A program made the translations under genes and the position numbers. Of a stretch of 64,000 nt of DNA, positions 9,379 through 19,435 are shown one piece after another. The stretch's first letter is position 1, and each line of letters begins with the position of its first letter. Below the pieces are notes generated by a model. The model saw only the letters and a list, made by a program, of their open reading frames with translations. It was not told where the DNA came from and searched no databases. Source of the stretch: Gammaproteobacteria bacterium (lineage in GTDB: Bacteria > Pseudomonadota > Gammaproteobacteria > CAKMZV01); assembly GCA_965277625.1 (NCBI GenBank), contig OZ255827.1, positions 1,717,057 through 1,781,056 on the forward strand. Direction: 5' to 3'.

Positions 9379-11029
9379 AGGCGTGGTCAATCTGCTTCAC
9401 GGTGCCACAATCCGTGCGCTGAGCAATCAATCCGCACTGGCCGTTTACGGCTCTGATGTGTATTTCCACCATCAAAAACAAATGGCACCCTGCCATTTAC
9501 GTTTTGATGCATCTTTTGAGAGTAGTAATAGACTGAAAAGAGGCAAGTTTGATGCTATGGCACAAAGGAAGCGTTATTCAGACCCAATGCTGCATGCTCA
9601 ATTACAACCCGAAGAGCCCATTGCGCGCCTGATTTTCGATGCCTTAGAACAATTGAGAACCGAAGCCCTGTATTCGAAAGCGCACAAAGGTTTAAAAGCC
9701 AACCTAAGGCATAATTTCCATCATTGGTCTGTGCACCCATCCACCGCTAAATTGTTTGATGACCAAGTTGGCGTGTTGCTGTTTACAGTCATACAAATCA
9801 TTTGGTCTCGCTTAAACGGGCACTCGGTTTTCACCGATGTAGAAGAGATTGTTGAGGTCACGCGTGCGGGCATTGCCCCTTTGATTGGTCATGCACTGAA
9901 GTGCCTGAATAAACAAACCAGAGATCAAATGAAATTTGCCGAACATGCGCTTGAAATCGCCCACATCATCAATGATTTAGTCCAGCAGGAGCAGGTCAGT
10001 AAAAATGAAAACAAAAAAGTGCCGACTGCACTCAATTTTTGGTTTGACGATGAACAAGCTTCTGAATTCTTAGATGCCTTAACGACTCAGTCGTCGAAAA
10101 CCCAAGCTAAGAATGCCAACCATTATCAGATTTTCACCACCGACTTTGACATTGAAACAGACATTACCTCAATGGTGCGCCCTGAGGCTTTGATAAAATT
10201 CAGAAAACAGCTCAGCGATTTTCAACAATTGAACCCCATAAATACCATGTGGTTAAGCAAACAATTACGAGATATTTTTCAAGTACACCCTGAACCTTAT
10301 TTGCAATCAGGTCATACTGCAGGTTATGTGGACGGTGCAAAATTAAATCAAGTTGTATTCTCACCCCTGCAACAAGATGTTTTTAAGTACCCAGAAAATC
10401 AACTCATAACCCAAGCACATCTTTGCCTGCTCGTTGATTGTTCAGGGTCAATCAAAGCACATCGCACCTGGATTGCCAGTTGGATTGACTACTTTATTCA
10501 AGCGGCAGAAGCTGCGGGTATAAAAACCGAAGTTTTAGGCTTTACAACCACAACATGGCAAGGCGGCAGAGTTCGAGAAGCGTGGCAAAAATCTGGATCA
10601 CCGCCCAATCCTGGCAGATTAAACGAACTATGTCACATTTGTTTTAAGTCAGAACACACCCCTTGGCGCAAGGCAAAGAAAGCACTGGCCGGTTTGCTCA
10701 AAGCCGACCTGTATAAAGAAAGCATCGATGGAGAGAGCATTGAATGGGCTTGTAAACGCGCACTCACAAAAGCAACCAAACCCCATTTGTTGATCATTTC
10801 TGATCAATGTCCTATGGATTCCTTTACCCTGTCGCATAATCCAGCCAACCTCTTAACCAACCATATTATTGAAGTTTTGAACCGTTATCAAAATCAGCTA
10901 AATATTTGTGGCATTGGTGTCGGTGAAGCGCTTCCTGAATACTATAATCGGCAGTTGACTTACGAAGATACAACCAACTTAAACAATCGCCACTATAAAC
11001 AACTCCTTAACCAACTGATAAGCAGATAA
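9371..11029 (+). CDS. cobT: CobT-like protein with C-terminal VWA-type domain
   Basis: 552 aa, overlapping cobS by 8 nt. The N-terminus (RGKFDAMAQRKRYSDPMLHAQLQPEEPIARLIFDALEQLRTEAL) follows the CobT N-domain pattern. The C-terminal LCLLVDCSGSI... is a MIDAS-like DxSxS motif of VWA domains. Confidence 0.7.
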   Translation: MNEGVVNLLHGATIRALSNQSALAVYGSDVYFHHQKQMAPCHLRFDASFESSNRLKRGKFDAMAQRKRYSDPMLHAQLQPEEPIARLIFDALEQLRTEALYSKAHKGLKANLRHNFHHWSVHPSTAKLFDDQVGVLLFTVIQIIWSRLNGHSVFTDVEEIVEVTRAGIAPLIGHALKCLNKQTRDQMKFAEHALEIAHIINDLVQQEQVSKNENKKVPTALNFWFDDEQASEFLDALTTQSSKTQAKNANHYQIFTTDFDIETDITSMVRPEALIKFRKQLSDFQQLNPINTMWLSKQLRDIFQVHPEPYLQSGHTAGYVDGAKLNQVVFSPLQQDVFKYPENQLITQAHLCLLVDCSGSIKAHRTWIASWIDYFIQAAEAAGIKTEVLGFTTTTWQGGRVREAWQKSGSPPNPGRLNELCHICFKSEHTPWRKAKKALAGLLKADLYKESIDGESIEWACKRALTKATKPHLLIISDQCPMDSFTLSHNPANLLTNHIIEVLNRYQNQLNICGIGVGEALPEYYNRQLTYEDTTNLNNRHYKQLLNQLISR

Positions 11030-11818
11030 ATGGACTGGATCCCTCAAGAATTTTTTGATGTTACGCTCATAAAAGCCCTAATCACCGGTATTATTATTGC
11101 TTTCTTAATCAATTTGACTGGCGTTGGTGGGGGTATTATCATCATTCCAGTGCTCACTTCTGTTTTTGGATTACCCGTCTCTATTGCCATTGGAACGGCC
11201 AGCATTTATTCAACCATTACCAAGGTTTTAACATGTGGCAATCACATTAATCGAGGCAATGTTCATTTCAAACACTGTTTTTCTGTTCTGAAAATCACAC
11301 TCCCCACCGTTGTAATCAGTGCCATTGCTGTCAATTACGCTTTGAAAGTCTCGCCCCAAATCAATCAAATCGTGCAGGAGATCTTAACCTATCTGGTATT
11401 TAGCATTATGATTTTGTCATGTTGGCTGATTTACAGACAAATCAAACCTGTGGAAAGAACGTATTTGACTAAAACCAAAAGATGGTTGGCTTGTGTGATC
11501 GTCGGAATTATTATGGGTGCGACTGGCATTGGCGGTGGTGTTTTACTCATCCCATTATTGTTATCCATCAATGAAGATTCAATGAAACAGGTCGTGGGCA
11601 ATTCCATTCTTATCGCATTGGTGTTATCCGCGGCAACAGCATTCATTTATTCTGGCGGTGGACAAACTGATTTTAATATTTTGGCCGCTATGCTCATCGG
11701 ATCGATCATTGCCGTCATTCCTTCGGGAAGACTGGGTCAAAAACTATCAAATCAAACATTAAGCTACCTTTCAATTACTCTGATTCTGTGCTCGGGGATA
11801 TTGATGCTCTCTACGTAA
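11030..11818 (+). CDS. TauE/SafE (DUF81) family anion exporter, putative sulfite/sulfonate exporter
   Basis: 262 aa with about 8 hydrophobic spans. It has the duplicated glycine motifs of the family: LTGVGGGIIIIPVL and ATGIGGGVLLIPLL. The ATG abuts the cobT TAA. Confidence 0.75.
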   Translation: MDWIPQEFFDVTLIKALITGIIIAFLINLTGVGGGIIIIPVLTSVFGLPVSIAIGTASIYSTITKVLTCGNHINRGNVHFKHCFSVLKITLPTVVISAIAVNYALKVSPQINQIVQEILTYLVFSIMILSCWLIYRQIKPVERTYLTKTKRWLACVIVGIIMGATGIGGGVLLIPLLLSINEDSMKQVVGNSILIALVLSAATAFIYSGGGQTDFNILAAMLIGSIIAVIPSGRLGQKLSNQTLSYLSITLILCSGILMLST

Positions 11819-12172
11819 TAAATTTCATACAGCTTTAACATCTTATATGGACTTGTCTCATAAGCATGCGTCATTTGGGTGCTTGTTATAGTTTGCCGTT
11901 ATTTGATATGATTGAAGGTTTGCTCATTTCAAACTGTATTATTGAATTTCAATACAATTTTCCGAAAAATACTAAGGGGCACTAAATCTTGTCTTTCGTG
12001 GTCCTAAACGCTTTTTATAATGGTTATAATGTGCCACATTTTTATTTTGTTGAACAAGGTATAATAAGCACGTTTTGAAGTTGGTTTGATTTCCATTGCA
12101 AAACAATAAAACCCCCTTAATGATTAAATACTGCATGATTAATATAACTCAATCATCTCTAAACCATAATCA

Positions 12173-13147
12173 ATGATTCTAAAATTCAATCAGACCATTG
12201 CCTTTATTGTCACCAGTCTGTTGCTGGCGGTGCTCGCGCATCAGACCAGCAAGACACTTTGGTCTTTTTATTATCCTGTCACTCCGTCCATTTTGACCGA
12301 TCAAACCCTGAAACAATCGACCTCAGAAGATTCGATTGACTATAGCCAACTTAGAAAGTTCGCCTTATTTGGCACCCCACCAGTAAAACCTGTTGCGCCA
12401 CCGCCCAAGAAAGTAAAGAAAGAGGTGATAAAGAAGCCCGTTATTACCTTATCTGTCATAGGCATAGTCTCCTACGGAGATATCTTTTTCGCCATCATCC
12501 GGCATTCTGGTCTGGAAGAAACCTATGGCATTGGAGAGTACATTGGACGATTGCTGCTTGAAAAAATTGAAAAAGATACCATCTACATTCTTGACACCGA
12601 TGGTGAAAGATACACGATTTTCTTAAATCAAAATAACGTTGAAATTGGCGGCGAACCGCCAGCGCCACTGCCCACAGATGCAAAGCCCGAAGAAATCTCT
12701 GTAACACCTGAAACTCAGGACAACATACCCAAAGCAAAAGACACCAATAATGTGGTCAAAAAGACGCCTGAAGAATCTGCAAACACCCCAGCAGTCAAAA
12801 CGGTTAAAGTCAACAAAGCACAAAAAGAAAAATTACTCGGTTTCAAGAAGATAATGGCCACAAACCCCTTGCAAATGTTGGGTAAAATTGCTTTTGTACC
12901 CTATAAAGAAGGTGGAAAATTGATTGGTTTTCAAGTCTCACCCGGCAGTGAAAAAGAATTATTTTTTGCGCTTCAACTCCGACCTGGAGACATTGTCACG
13001 AATATTAATGGGCAAGATCTATCTGCCATCAGTAGCTTCAAAGTAGGTGTGCAATTTATGAACAAACTCAGTTCTCATAATGTACTGAACATGATAATAA
13101 GACGACAAGGAAACCAGGAAAACATTGTCATACATCTCAATTCTTAG
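12173..13147 (+). CDS. gspC: Type II secretion system protein C (N-terminal TM, Pro/Lys linker, C-terminal PDZ)
   Basis: It has an N-terminal anchor (IAFIVTSLLLAVLA) and a PDZ-like end (GFQVSPGSEKELFFALQLRPGDIVTNINGQDLS). It lies immediately upstream of gspD. Confidence 0.6.
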   Translation: MILKFNQTIAFIVTSLLLAVLAHQTSKTLWSFYYPVTPSILTDQTLKQSTSEDSIDYSQLRKFALFGTPPVKPVAPPPKKVKKEVIKKPVITLSVIGIVSYGDIFFAIIRHSGLEETYGIGEYIGRLLLEKIEKDTIYILDTDGERYTIFLNQNNVEIGGEPPAPLPTDAKPEEISVTPETQDNIPKAKDTNNVVKKTPEESANTPAVKTVKVNKAQKEKLLGFKKIMATNPLQMLGKIAFVPYKEGGKLIGFQVSPGSEKELFFALQLRPGDIVTNINGQDLSAISSFKVGVQFMNKLSSHNVLNMIIRRQGNQENIVIHLNS

Positions 13148-13194
13148 CCTTCTATGAATGGCTCTATAACAACTTTAATATAATATATTACACC

Positions 13195-15174
13195 ATGAAT
13201 CCACTTAAGAAACAAAGCATCAGTGCTATACTCACTGTATTAATCAGCCTACAGCATGTTGGTGTTCTTTTATTCAGTCCGGCGGTTGCCGCTGCAACTC
13301 TCAATTTGAATAATGTTGACATTCGAAGTTTGATCAACACGGTTTCAAAAATAACCAATACCAATTTTATTATTGATCCCCGAGTCAACGGCCGTGTCAC
13401 CGTTCTTATTGCGCAAGACTTACCCCCTGAAGCGCTGTATCAAGTGTTTTTGTCTATCTTGAACGTCCATGGATATGTTGTGATCGAAGGCGAACACGTG
13501 ACCAAAATTCTACCCGCTTCACAAAGTAAAAGCGCCAGTTCATTCACCACATCAGAATTTCCAGATAATCTGTCAACAACCGTCATTCCCATCAAACATA
13601 TCAATGCCCAACAAATCATCCCAGTGCTCAGACCATTTGTTGCGCCAACCGCCTTTTTAAGCGTCTATGCACCCACGAATGTGCTCATCATTCACGATAC
13701 CAGTGCCAACATAGAACGTTTGCGAGGGATCATAGCCAAGATTGACAGACCCCTAAGCAGTAGTTATGAAGTCGTCGAATTGCAACACGCCAGCGCCTCA
13801 GAAATGGCCAAAATCATTACGACTTTCATTGCCAAGAATAAAAATGATCCGGCTTCAAGCGAAGTTAAAATTGCCTCTGACATAAGAACCAATCGACTCA
13901 TAATCAGTGCCAGTGAGAATCAACGTTTAAAAATTCGAGCGCTCGTTGCCGATCTTGATGTTGGCGAGGAACAAGGCAATACGAATGTCATTTATTTGCG
14001 CTACTCAGACGCCACCGAATTATTGCCTATCTTACAAGGTGTGATTGGGGCAGCAACCAAAGCCAAGGGGGCACAACCTGCCGCCGCCGCTGCAGGGAGT
14101 AACTCAATTTCCATTCAAGCGGATAAACCGACCAATGCCATTGTGATCACAGCCTCACAAGACCAAGCGAATCAAGTAAATTCAATAAAAAGTGTTATAC
14201 GACGATTAGACATCCGTCGCGCTCAAGTGCTCATTGAAGCGATCATTGCTGAAGTCAATACAGACATTACTGATCAACTCGGCGTTCAGTATCTTTCAAA
14301 TACCAATAATGCCGTTGGTATTGTTAATTTTAACAATCAAATTCCTTCCCTTGCTGGATCTGTCTCTGCAGGCACCCCCCCGTCTGTGCCCTTAGGATCC
14401 TCTGTGCTATTTGGACAAGTGGATGATCGACAGTCACTGCGAGGCTTTGGTGCCGTCCTTAATGCCTTAGAAAGCAACGGCAATGTCAATATTCTTTCCA
14501 CGCCGGCTCTGGTCACTCTGGACAATCAGGAAGCCAGCATTCTCGTTGGTCGTGAAGTGCCATTTATTAGCAATACACAACTTTCTGCCAGTAACACCAA
14601 CCCGTTTCAAAATTTTGAAAGAAGAGATGTCGGGATAACGCTCAAGGTTAAACCACAAATCAATGAAGGGGACACCGTTCATCTGGACATAGAACAGGAA
14701 ATTTCCAGTGTTTTACCCACAGCTCAAGCCGTTGACACGGTCACTTCAAAACGTACGTTAAAAACCACCGTATTAGTGGAAGATGGCAAAATATTGGTTT
14801 TAGGCGGTTTGATCGATGAACAAGAAAGCGAAAATAATCAAAGCATCCCATTACTCGGTGACCTGCCGCTCATTGGATTTCTATTCCGTTTTGATACAGA
14901 AAGAAGCACCAAACGTAACTTAATGATCTTTATTAAACCGACCATTCTCAGAGATGAATTAGATCGTGAACATGTCACATCGGGCAAATATAATTTTATT
15001 CGCGCACAACAAATTAGAATGCGCGATGAAGGCAGTTTAGAAAGCAGTAAAGGAAGCATTCTCGGGCCGTTTGATGTGCTCAAACAATCAACACAAACGG
15101 ATGAACCGACCCCAGAAAAACCAAAGCCCCAAAAAGACCTTTCCAATAAACATTCTGCACTCAACGCTAAATAA
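13195..15174 (+). CDS. gspD: Type II secretion system secretin
   Basis: 659 aa with a signal peptide and N-domains (FIIDPRVNGRVTV...). The secretin core reads NILSTPALVTLDNQEASILVGREVPF...VLGGLI...IPLLGDLPLIGFLFR. Confidence 0.9.
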   Translation: MNPLKKQSISAILTVLISLQHVGVLLFSPAVAAATLNLNNVDIRSLINTVSKITNTNFIIDPRVNGRVTVLIAQDLPPEALYQVFLSILNVHGYVVIEGEHVTKILPASQSKSASSFTTSEFPDNLSTTVIPIKHINAQQIIPVLRPFVAPTAFLSVYAPTNVLIIHDTSANIERLRGIIAKIDRPLSSSYEVVELQHASASEMAKIITTFIAKNKNDPASSEVKIASDIRTNRLIISASENQRLKIRALVADLDVGEEQGNTNVIYLRYSDATELLPILQGVIGAATKAKGAQPAAAAAGSNSISIQADKPTNAIVITASQDQANQVNSIKSVIRRLDIRRAQVLIEAIIAEVNTDITDQLGVQYLSNTNNAVGIVNFNNQIPSLAGSVSAGTPPSVPLGSSVLFGQVDDRQSLRGFGAVLNALESNGNVNILSTPALVTLDNQEASILVGREVPFISNTQLSASNTNPFQNFERRDVGITLKVKPQINEGDTVHLDIEQEISSVLPTAQAVDTVTSKRTLKTTVLVEDGKILVLGGLIDEQESENNQSIPLLGDLPLIGFLFRFDTERSTKRNLMIFIKPTILRDELDREHVTSGKYNFIRAQQIRMRDEGSLESSKGSILGPFDVLKQSTQTDEPTPEKPKPQKDLSNKHSALNAK

Positions 15175-15183
15175 CTGACGCCT

Positions 15184-16662
15184 GTGTTAACTTTTTCATT
15201 TGCCAACCGCCATAAAGTCATTGTTCTCAATGATGAGGGTCATTACGAATTACAGTATTCAGGTGATTTGTCTTTGCCTGTTTTTATGGAAATTCAACGT
15301 ACTTTAAGCGACATAGACTTCAAGATTACCAAAGTCGATGGCGCTGAATTTGAACGAACCATGCAACACCATTTTTCTCAAGGCTCGCAAGAACTGGGTT
15401 CATTAGGTAATTCTTTGGACGGCTCAGAAGATTTTAGTACTTTGATCGAACAAATGGATGAGCCAGAAGATTTATTAGAAAGTGACGATGATGCCCCCAT
15501 CATAAAATTACTGAACGCCCTTTTCACTGAAGCGATTAAAAAGAATGCCTCGGACATTCACGTTGAATCATACGAACAGCGTACACGCATTCGATTTCGC
15601 ATCGATGGTGTCATGAGCGAAGTGATGGAACCCAATCGAAAATTAGCACCCCAGCTGATTTCAAGAATTAAAGTCATGGCGAAATTAGATATTGCTGAAA
15701 AACGCATGCCGCAAGATGGTCGAATTTCGCTGAAATTGGGTGGCCGTTCTGTTGACTTGAGAATTTCAACCCTGCCTTCTGCAACTGGTGAGCGTGTCGT
15801 TATGCGACTGCTTGATAAAAAAGCGGGGAGTTTGGAGCTTGAACACTTGGGCATGCCTGCACATTACTTAGAGCAAATTGACGAATTAATTCGCAACCCC
15901 TATGGCATCATCTTAGTAACCGGTCCAACGGGTTCAGGTAAAACCACCTCATTATACGCCTCCTTGATTCGCCTCAATGATCATCAACGTAACATCATGA
16001 CCGTTGAGGATCCGATTGAATATCATATTGATGGGATCAACCAAACACAAACCAATACCAAAATTGACATGACGTTTGCCCGCGGTTTACGGGCCATTCT
16101 GCGACAAGACCCTGATATTGTGATGATTGGAGAAATCCGAGACACCGAAACCGCTCAAATTGCGGTTCAAGCCTCTCTAACAGGGCATTTGGTACTGTCC
16201 ACATTGCATACCAATACCGCCGTTGGTGCGATTACACGTTTGAGAGACATGTCGGTCGAATCGTTTCTGCTCTCTTCCAGTTTGCTCGTTGTGATTTCGC
16301 AAAGACTAACCCGCCGACTCTGTCACAAGTGTCGTGAGGCCTATGAGCCGACCTCAAGAGAACTCGACGCCCTCCAGTGCCCACCACTCGCAGAAGGTGA
16401 ACTATTTTACCGACCACACGCTAAAGGGTGTGGCTCTTGTAACTTCACTGGCTATCAAGGTCGAACTGGCATTTACGAATTATTGCCCATTGATGATGTG
16501 GTTCGCAAAATGATCCATGAAGAGGCCTCAGAGGAAGTCATCTTAGAGCATGTGCGGAAAAAATACCCCAGCTTGCGTGAGGAAGGCATTCGCTTGATCA
16601 AAGAAGGCGAAACTTCTGTTGAAGAAGTCTTGCGCGTCATTCAAAACTTAGGTGAACGCTGA
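15184..16662 (+). CDS. gspE: Type II secretion system ATPase
   Basis: 492 aa with a GTG start. Walker A is GPTGSGKTT, followed by the Asp box, Walker B and His box (IVMIGEIRD, TGHLVLSTLHTN). It also has the tetracysteine motif CHKC...CGSC. Confidence 0.9.
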   Translation: MLTFSFANRHKVIVLNDEGHYELQYSGDLSLPVFMEIQRTLSDIDFKITKVDGAEFERTMQHHFSQGSQELGSLGNSLDGSEDFSTLIEQMDEPEDLLESDDDAPIIKLLNALFTEAIKKNASDIHVESYEQRTRIRFRIDGVMSEVMEPNRKLAPQLISRIKVMAKLDIAEKRMPQDGRISLKLGGRSVDLRISTLPSATGERVVMRLLDKKAGSLELEHLGMPAHYLEQIDELIRNPYGIILVTGPTGSGKTTSLYASLIRLNDHQRNIMTVEDPIEYHIDGINQTQTNTKIDMTFARGLRAILRQDPDIVMIGEIRDTETAQIAVQASLTGHLVLSTLHTNTAVGAITRLRDMSVESFLLSSSLLVVISQRLTRRLCHKCREAYEPTSRELDALQCPPLAEGELFYRPHAKGCGSCNFTGYQGRTGIYELLPIDDVVRKMIHEEASEEVILEHVRKKYPSLREEGIRLIKEGETSVEEVLRVIQNLGER

Positions 16663-17864
16663 TGCCCGTTTTTGAATACCAAGCCATTGACCTTAAAGGT
16701 GGTGGCAAAAAAGGCATCATTGAAGCGGATTCAGAACGCCATGCACGACAGTTACTCCGAGATAAAAAACTCCTCCCAAACGTTTTAAAACAGATTAAAA
16801 AAAAAGAAGGCAAGCGTTCTTTCTCGCCCTTTGCCGCCAAACTGAGCACTCGTGAAAAGGTCGCCATTACTCGTCAATTAGCCAACCTCATTCGAGCTGC
16901 ACTGCCTGTTGAAGAAGCTTTGAGAACCATTGCTGAACATAATAACAGCAACATACGACGCTTCTTATCAACCACACGGTCCAGAGTAGTTGAAGGCATG
17001 TCCCTCAGTCAAGCCCTGCAAGAACAAGGGGTTTTTGAAAAAGAATACACCGCCACCATTGCAGCCGGTGAAACCAGTGGTGAGTTGACAACCGTTTTGG
17101 AAAAATTGGCCAATGATGTTGAGCGCAGAGAAAAGTTCAACCGAAGCATCACCAGTGCTATGATCTATCCTGCAGTCCTACTTGTGGTTGCCCTCAGCGT
17201 TATCATTGCTCTATTGACTTTTGTGGTACCAGAGGTGGTCGATGCATTTGTCAGCACCCAAAGAGAACTGCCTCAGCTAACCAAAGGCATGATTATTGTC
17301 AGCACTTTTTTACAAGACCATGGCTTTACCATGGCTTTGGTTCTGTTGGGGATGCTCTTAGTCTTTAATCTCGCCTTAAGAAAAATTTCTTTTAAACGAT
17401 CTTGGCATCGTTTTCTGATGAAGACCCCTTTGGTTGGCAAGGTTTTTATCGCCAATAATAATGCCCAATTTGCCCGCAATTTCAGTTTGATGCAATCATC
17501 TGGGGTGACTGTATTAGACGCCCTCCGCTCAACCGCACAAATCATTTCGTGTTTGCCCATGCAAGAAGCCATCCTCAAATCGACCGAGGAGATTCGTGAA
17601 GGGTCAAGTATTTTTCGGGCCTTGGAAAAACATAAAGCGCTCCCGCCTATGACACTTTATATGTTAGCCAGTGGTGAAGCCAGTGGCAATTTAGCAGACA
17701 TGTTAGAACGTGCCGCCGTCGCTCAAGAGCATGAATTAGAAGATTTCACCTCTAGCTTGTTAAGTATCATTGCGCCCATCATCGTTTTGATAATGGGGGG
17801 CTTCGTCTTACTCATTGTGTTATCGATTTTGCTGCCAATATTTGAATTAAACTCGATTACGTAA
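16662..17864 (+). CDS. gspF: Type II secretion system inner-membrane platform protein
   Basis: 400 aa with the duplicated T2SSF domain architecture. It starts MPVFEYQAIDLKGGGKKGIIEADSERHARQLLR. The start overlaps the gspE stop (TGATG). Confidence 0.9.
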   Translation: MPVFEYQAIDLKGGGKKGIIEADSERHARQLLRDKKLLPNVLKQIKKKEGKRSFSPFAAKLSTREKVAITRQLANLIRAALPVEEALRTIAEHNNSNIRRFLSTTRSRVVEGMSLSQALQEQGVFEKEYTATIAAGETSGELTTVLEKLANDVERREKFNRSITSAMIYPAVLLVVALSVIIALLTFVVPEVVDAFVSTQRELPQLTKGMIIVSTFLQDHGFTMALVLLGMLLVFNLALRKISFKRSWHRFLMKTPLVGKVFIANNNAQFARNFSLMQSSGVTVLDALRSTAQIISCLPMQEAILKSTEEIREGSSIFRALEKHKALPPMTLYMLASGEASGNLADMLERAAVAQEHELEDFTSSLLSIIAPIIVLIMGGFVLLIVLSILLPIFELNSIT

Positions 17865-18174
17865 TTCGCTGTAGCTGATTTTCTATTGTAATTCTGCCCA
17901 TCTTTTCGATCCGTAAGAACTGAGTATTCGCACGGGTTGATTTGACCGTAAATCACGGTGCTTTCCTGCTTGAATAACCTAAAAACTCAGAGTGATAAAC
18001 GCTTGTTAGTTCATCTAGTTTCAACCATTTAGTCTATAATAAGGCGCATTGAAGTCCCTATAAACCGATTAGGATCATCGCTTAATCGGCTTATAAACAC
18101 ACGATCTCACATCTGACATAGATGACAGCCAAAGACAAGTATCATAAGCATTTTATAATTTAGATAAGGCCAGT

Positions 18175-19428
18175 ATGTATCAAAAAATTCAAGTACCATC
18201 TCAGGGCGAAAAAATCACCCTTAATGCTGACCACAGCATCAATGTCCCTAACAATCCTATCATTCCATACATCGAAGGTGATGGCATAGGGGTTGATATT
18301 ACACCTGTGATGATTGATGTGATTGACGCTGCCGTAAACAAAGCATATGGTGGGCAACGAAAAATCCATTGGATGGAAATTTTTGCTGGCGAGAAATCAA
18401 CCAAAACCTATGATCCTGATACTTGGTTGCCCGATGAAACCTTGGATGCCATAAAAGAATTTGTCGTCACCATAAAAGGCCCCTTAACCACACCTGTGGG
18501 TGGCGGATTTCGATCTTTGAATGTCACATTAAGACAAAAATTAGATTTGTTTATTTGCATCAGACCCGTACGATATTTTGAAGGCATCCCTTCACCGTTG
18601 CGCCACCCTGAGCAAACCAGCATGACCATTTTTCGTGAAAACTCCGAAGACATTTATGCAGGCATTGAATGGGCCGCAAACTCCGAAGAAGCAAGAAAAA
18701 TCATTGCATTCATGAGAGATGAACTGAATGTCAAAAAATTAAGATTCCCCGAAACTTCAGGCATTGGCATTAAACCCGTTTCCGAACAAGGCACAAAACG
18801 ATTTGCCTCTAAAGCCATTCAATACGCCATTGATCATGACCAACCTTCGGTCACCATTGTGCATAAAGGCAATATCATGAAATTCACCGAAGGGGCATTT
18901 AGAGAATGGTCTTACCAAGTAGCTGAGCAAGAATTTGGTGCCACCTTACTCGATGGTGGGCCTTGGATGACGTTCAAAAATCCAAAGACTGGCAACGACA
19001 TCATCATCAAAGACGTTATTGCCGATGCATTTTTACAACAAATCTTATTAAGGCCAACAGAATATGCCGTTATTGCCACTTTGAATTTGAATGGCGACTA
19101 CATTTCTGACGCACTCGCGGCGCAGGTGGGTGGCATTGGTATTGCGCCTGGGGCGAACCTCTCGAGTCAAGTGGCTGTGTTTGAAGCCACACATGGTACG
19201 GCGCCCAAATATGCTGGTCAAGACAAGGTCAATCCAGGGTCGCTGATTCTTTCTGCCGAAATGATGCTGCGTCATCTGAATTGGGCAGAAGCGGCCGATT
19301 TAATCATTGAAGCCATGTCCAAAACCATATTAGAGCAAAAAGTAACTTATGATTTGGCACGTTTAATGCCCGATTCAACCGAAGTCAGCACATCGTCTTT
19401 TGGTCAAGCCATGATTAATAATTTATGA
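18175..19428 (+). CDS. icd: NADP-dependent isocitrate dehydrogenase (homodimeric type)
   Basis: 417 aa. Blocks typical of Icd: [55 protein letters not shown] and [12 protein letters not shown]. Confidence 0.9.
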   Translation: MYQKIQVPSQGEKITLNADHSINVPNNPIIPYIEGDGIGVDITPVMIDVIDAAVNKAYGGQRKIHWMEIFAGEKSTKTYDPDTWLPDETLDAIKEFVVTIKGPLTTPVGGGFRSLNVTLRQKLDLFICIRPVRYFEGIPSPLRHPEQTSMTIFRENSEDIYAGIEWAANSEEARKIIAFMRDELNVKKLRFPETSGIGIKPVSEQGTKRFASKAIQYAIDHDQPSVTIVHKGNIMKFTEGAFREWSYQVAEQEFGATLLDGGPWMTFKNPKTGNDIIIKDVIADAFLQQILLRPTEYAVIATLNLNGDYISDALAAQVGGIGIAPGANLSSQVAVFEATHGTAPKYAGQDKVNPGSLILSAEMMLRHLNWAEAADLIIEAMSKTILEQKVTYDLARLMPDSTEVSTSSFGQAMINNL

Positions 19429-19435
19429 GACCTGC

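Noticed and set aside
8404-11029. First impression was a CbbQ/CbbO (Rubisco activase) or NorQ/NorD AAA+/VWA pair.
   Set aside because: The ATPase is 324 aa and carries long blocks I associate specifically with CobS (HIEQVAARLNWPC.RVNLD, DRWNIV). The partner has a CobT-type N-domain rather than the longer CbbO/NorD architecture. No Rubisco or nor genes are nearby. HMM confirmation is still needed.
14838-15230. 130-aa minus-strand ORF spanning the gspD/gspE junction. Similar long antisense ORFs occur at 6065..6448, 20829..21194, 48383..48772 and 52781..53173.
   Set aside because: All lie antisense to confidently identified genes. They have low-complexity or odd composition and no recognisable motifs or RBS. 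They are typical shadow ORFs.
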